Below are positions 26,264 through 29,580 of a DNA stretch of 29,580 nucleotides, piece by piece. Within the stretch, counting starts at the first letter, position 1; every line of letters starts with the position of its first letter. Location of the stretch: the NCBI GenBank assembly GCA_045863335.1, contig BTVY01000063.1, positions 1-29,580 of the forward strand, given 5' to 3'. The DNA comes from Candidatus Hydrogenedentota bacterium (GTDB lineage Bacteria > Hydrogenedentota > Hydrogenedentia > Hydrogenedentales > SLHB01). The notes under the pieces were generated by a model. It saw nothing but the letters and a program-made list of their open reading frames with translations. It did not search any database and was not told where the DNA came from. The translations under genes were made by a program, and so were the position numbers.

Positions 26264-27214
26264 TCAACGCGGAAAGAGCGGATCTTTTCCGGCGGCCATG
26301 GCCTGAAGTTGGGCGGTTTCGGCTTCGGTGATGGGAGTCAGGTTGCCGGCCAGGGCCAGGGTGTCGTGGTACAGGGTCGGGTTGCCGGGGGGCAGGATGG
26401 CCGTGACGCCTTGACTCAGGGCCCAGCGCAGGGCCATGGACCCTTCTTCGGGATTGTCGATGGGTTCATACCAGCAACCGGCGCAGCGCTTTTCCTGGGG
26501 ATAGTCAGCGGGCCAGTGTTGGCGGGCCATGGCCTTGAGGGACACGCAGGGGATACCTTTCTCGTTGGCTTTGGCGAGCACCTCGGGGCCGAAGTTTCCG
26601 GTGTAGTACGAAACGTAGCTGACGGGAAAATACAAGAAGTCGAAGTCGTAGCGTGCCATGGCTTCGAGGGCTGCTTCAGTGGAGTGGGCCGAAAAGCCGA
26701 GGAAGCGGATCTGTTCCGACTTCTTTTTGTCGAGCAGGAATTCCATGGCGCCGCCGGCAGCAAAGGCGGGTTCCACGTCTTTCTCGACGCTCTGAATGCC
26801 GTGGACGAGGAACATGTCGAAATAATCGGTCTTCAGCAGTTCGCAGGAGCGCTTGAATTCGGATTCAGCGCCTTCACGGGTGCGTTCGCGGGACTTGGTG
26901 GCGAGAAAGATATCCTTGCGGTGGGGCTGCAGCGCGGGTGACAACATTTCTTCGGAATTTCCGTACGATGCCGCCGTGTCGAAGTAGTTGATGCCAAGAT
27001 CGCGCGACAGACCCACGGCGCGGTCCACGTTTTCCGGCGTGTTGCCGCGCGCAACGAGGCCGCTGAACCCGATGACGGACAATTCCAAACCGGTCTTGCC
27101 CAGTGGGCGTTTGGGCAGGGTCGTGGCGCCGTCGATTGCCTGGGGCCACGCTTTGCCTGCGGCCAGCCATGTTGCCGACGCGGCCATGGTTCCGATGAAT
27201 TCACGCCGTTTCAC
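26264..27214 (-). CDS. Aldo/keto reductase with twin-arginine signal
   Basis: KRREFIG Tat motif, LPKRPLGKTG, YFDTAASYG, LATKS, FLVHG and LGFSAH. GTG start with GGAGG RBS. Confidence 0.9.
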   Translation of the reverse strand: MKRREFIGTMAASATWLAAGKAWPQAIDGATTLPKRPLGKTGLELSVIGFSGLVARGNTPENVDRAVGLSRDLGINYFDTAASYGNSEEMLSPALQPHRKDIFLATKSRERTREGAESEFKRSCELLKTDYFDMFLVHGIQSVEKDVEPAFAAGGAMEFLLDKKKSEQIRFLGFSAHSTEAALEAMARYDFDFLYFPVSYVSYYTGNFGPEVLAKANEKGIPCVSLKAMARQHWPADYPQEKRCAGCWYEPIDNPEEGSMALRWALSQGVTAILPPGNPTLYHDTLALAGNLTPITEAETAQLQAMAAGKDPLFPR

Positions 27215-27325
27215 GGTGCAGCCCTCCGTAGTCGTTTGTGCCTGACGTTCAGCGTACTGGATCGCCGGGAAATGGTCAACGCTATTTGACGCCAGGAAAC
27301 CTGTGGGGCCATTCGAACACGCGAT

Positions 27326-27354
27326 TTCTCATCGCATCGCAGGGCAGGTATGAT
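27326..27354 (+). promoter_or_regulatory. Possible sigma70 promoter of the SGNH hydrolase gene
   Basis: TTCTCA (27326-27331), 17-bp spacer, TATGAT (27349-27354), 33 bp upstream of the ATG. Confidence 0.35.
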
Positions 27355-27387
27355 CAGCGATGATGCCACAACCAGGGAGACTGCACG

Positions 27388-28575
27388 ATGTCCTATTGCC
27401 GAGCCTTCGAGTTCCTCAGCGTGTTGGCCCTTGCGTGTACCTGCGCGGTCGCGGAGGAAATGGAGAATACCGCGGGGCCGGTCGATCTATTTCTGCCGCC
27501 AAGTCTTCATGCCGTGCCCGGCATTGAAACGAATGTCTACTTCGACAATGTGACGCTGGTTCTGGACGTAAAGGACTACGCGTTTGATGTGACGTGTGAG
27601 AAGGGAAAGCAACAGGCGGAGCGCTGGACCTTCACGCCGGGTGCGGACGACGTGGGCGACTACGCGTTCGTACTCGAAGTCAGGGATGGTACGAACGCGG
27701 TGATCGCAACTGGTACGAGCACGGTTCATGTGGTTGCGGCGAACGCGCTGGAGGGACAGCCGCGGTCGCTGCTTCTCATCGGGGACAGCCTGACGCATGC
27801 GTCGGTGTATTCGCAGCATTTGTTGGACCTGTGCGCGGCGCCAGGGAATCCCGTGTTGACCTTAGTAGGGTCGCATGTGCCGGATGAATCGGCACCGCTG
27901 AACCGGCACGAAGGCTATGGCGGCTGGACGGCGCAACGGTTCGCGACGCAGTACGCGGATCCGTCGAAGGCGGAGAATTACCGGGAGCGGGGCAGTCCAT
28001 TTGTGTACTTGAATGCGGAGGGCAATCCGGAACTGGATTTTGCGCGGTATTGCCAGGATGTGAACGAGGGGCGCTTCCCCGACGCGATTACGATCTTTCT
28101 GGGATGCAACGACACGTTTTCGGCGACGGACGAGACGATCCAGGCGCGGATGAACGATATGTTCGCGGGGCTGGACCTGTTGATCGCCGCGATACATACG
28201 GTCAGTCCGGCCACGCGGATCGGGTTGATCCCGCCGGTACCGCCTACGGCGTCGCAGGACGCGTTTGGCGCGAATTATCAGAACGGACAAACGCGGTGGC
28301 AGTACAAGCGGAATCAGCACGCCGTGGTTCGCGCCATGTATGCACGGTACGGGCAAGGCGGGGACGGGGCGATTACGCTGATACCGGCTTTCACGAATCT
28401 GGATTGTGAACGGAACTATCCCGCGGCGGCCGAGCCGTGGAATGCCCGGACGGAGCAAGAGGCGATCCGGCAGAACAATGGCGTGCATCCGAACGCGGAG
28501 GGGTACCGGCAGATTGGGGATTCGATCTTTTGCTGGTTAAAGGGCGATGCGGGCGCGCATGTTGGGGACGAGTAG
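27388..28575 (+). CDS. Exported SGNH/GDSL hydrolase with N-terminal beta-rich (Ig-like) domain
   Basis: IGDSLT, HEGYGGWT, FLGCND and NGVHP; signal-like N-terminus; GGAG RBS. Confidence 0.87.
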   Translation: MSYCRAFEFLSVLALACTCAVAEEMENTAGPVDLFLPPSLHAVPGIETNVYFDNVTLVLDVKDYAFDVTCEKGKQQAERWTFTPGADDVGDYAFVLEVRDGTNAVIATGTSTVHVVAANALEGQPRSLLLIGDSLTHASVYSQHLLDLCAAPGNPVLTLVGSHVPDESAPLNRHEGYGGWTAQRFATQYADPSKAENYRERGSPFVYLNAEGNPELDFARYCQDVNEGRFPDAITIFLGCNDTFSATDETIQARMNDMFAGLDLLIAAIHTVSPATRIGLIPPVPPTASQDAFGANYQNGQTRWQYKRNQHAVVRAMYARYGQGGDGAITLIPAFTNLDCERNYPAAAEPWNARTEQEAIRQNNGVHPNAEGYRQIGDSIFCWLKGDAGAHVGDE

Positions 28576-28605
28576 TCAATTCAGGAACTGGTGGATTCGC
28601 TGGGA

Positions 28606-28642
28606 AACATTCCCCTGAATCCCCCTTCAAGGGGGACTTTGC
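28606..28642 (+). repeat. REP-like palindromic repeat, copy 3
   Basis: AACATTCCCCTGAATCCCCCTTCAAGGGGGACTTTGC, homologous to 52-84 and 237-273, 30 bp after a stop codon. Confidence 0.75.
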
Positions 28643-28713
28643 GGTACGCTTCGCGTACAATCGGCTAAGGGAAACCGGCAACACCGTATTGGTATCGCGA
28701 AGGACGCTTTTCC

Positions 28714-29523
28714 TTGGGTGAATTGGAGAACCTCAGTCCGGTTTGGCAGGCGCTCATTGCCACATTATTCACGTGGGGCGTGACGGCGTTGGGTGCTGCG
28801 GTGGTGTTTGGATTCCGGGGGTTCAACCAGCGCGTGCTGGACACGATGTTGGGGGTTGCGGCGGGTGTGATGATCGCCGCGAGTTTCTGGTCGTTGCTGG
28901 CGCCGTCCATCGAGATGAGCGAACAGATGGGGTTCTCGCCGTGGAGACCCGCACTGATTGGATTTCTGTCCGGCGGGGTTTTCCTTTGGGCGGCGGACAA
29001 GGTGCTGCCGCACCTGCACCCGGGGTTTCGGATGGACGAGGCGGAGGGCATCCAGACTTCCTGGCGGCGCAGCACGCTGCTGGTGCTTGCGATAACGCTG
29101 CACAATATCCCGGAAGGGCTGGCCGTTGGCGTGGCGTTCGGCGCCGCAGCCACTGACATCCCCGGCGCATCGTTTGGCGCAGCGGTGGCGCTGGCGCTGG
29201 GTATCGGCATTCAAAACTTTCCGGAGGGAACGGCCGTGGCGGTACCGCTGCGGCGGGAAGGGATGTCCCGGAGCAGGAGTTTCTTTTACGGCCAGGCTTC
29301 CGGCGTTGTGGAACCCATCGCGGGCGTGTGCGGAGCCGCCGCGGTCATGGCGATGCGCCCGCTCCTCCCCTACGCGCTTGCGTTCGCGGCGGGAGCAATG
29401 ATCTTCGTGGTCGCGGAAGAACTCATCCCCGAATCGCAACGGAAAGGGGACACGGACCTGCCCACGGTGGGCGTCATGGCCGGGTTTGCGATCATGATGT
29501 GCCTGGACGTGGCGCTGGGGTAA
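28714..29523 (+). CDS. ZIP-family (GufA/ZupT-like) divalent metal transporter
   Basis: [44 protein letters not shown] and EELIPE; multiple TM segments; TTG start. Confidence 0.93.
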   Translation: MGELENLSPVWQALIATLFTWGVTALGAAVVFGFRGFNQRVLDTMLGVAAGVMIAASFWSLLAPSIEMSEQMGFSPWRPALIGFLSGGVFLWAADKVLPHLHPGFRMDEAEGIQTSWRRSTLLVLAITLHNIPEGLAVGVAFGAAATDIPGASFGAAVALALGIGIQNFPEGTAVAVPLRREGMSRSRSFFYGQASGVVEPIAGVCGAAAVMAMRPLLPYALAFAAGAMIFVVAEELIPESQRKGDTDLPTVGVMAGFAIMMCLDVALG

Positions 29524-29526
29524 CGC

Positions 29527-29580
29527 GATCCCGATCCCGATCCCGATCCCGATCCCGATCCCGATCCCGATCCCGATCCC
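29527..29580 (+). repeat. Perfect hexanucleotide tandem repeat (GATCCC)x9, running off the window end
   Basis: Directly visible; begins 3 bp after the ZIP stop codon. Confidence 0.97.

Overview
GC-rich bacterial window with about 20 genes. The DUF1559 prepilin-type proteins and the DUF1592/DUF1552 pair point to a Hydrogenedentota or PVC-type organism (inference). The window opens on what looks like the terminus of an IS481-family element abutting a REP-like palindrome. Next is a tightly coupled minus-strand operon: enoyl-CoA hydratase, a neutral-ceramidase/C45 Ntn-hydrolase fusion, a membrane protein, scpA and yraN. A LacI regulator sits divergent from a sigma70 promoter with a LacI-type operator, which drives a DUF1559 prepilin-like gene. 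A ~90% identical paralog lies 4.3 kb downstream, separated by a complete IS4-family element (18-bp IRs, 9-bp target duplication) and an exported alpha/beta hydrolase. The rest holds a two-kinase phosphorelay, a metallophosphoesterase, the DUF1592/DUF1552 cytochrome c pair, an amphi-Trp protein, two SGNH hydrolases, an unknown acidic protein, two aldo/keto reductases, a ZIP transporter and a terminal (GATCCC)n tract. Best candidates for undescribed biology are the LacI-controlled duplicated DUF1559 pilin-like locus and the double-amidase fusion operon. All family calls come from motif recognition by eye; no database searches were run.
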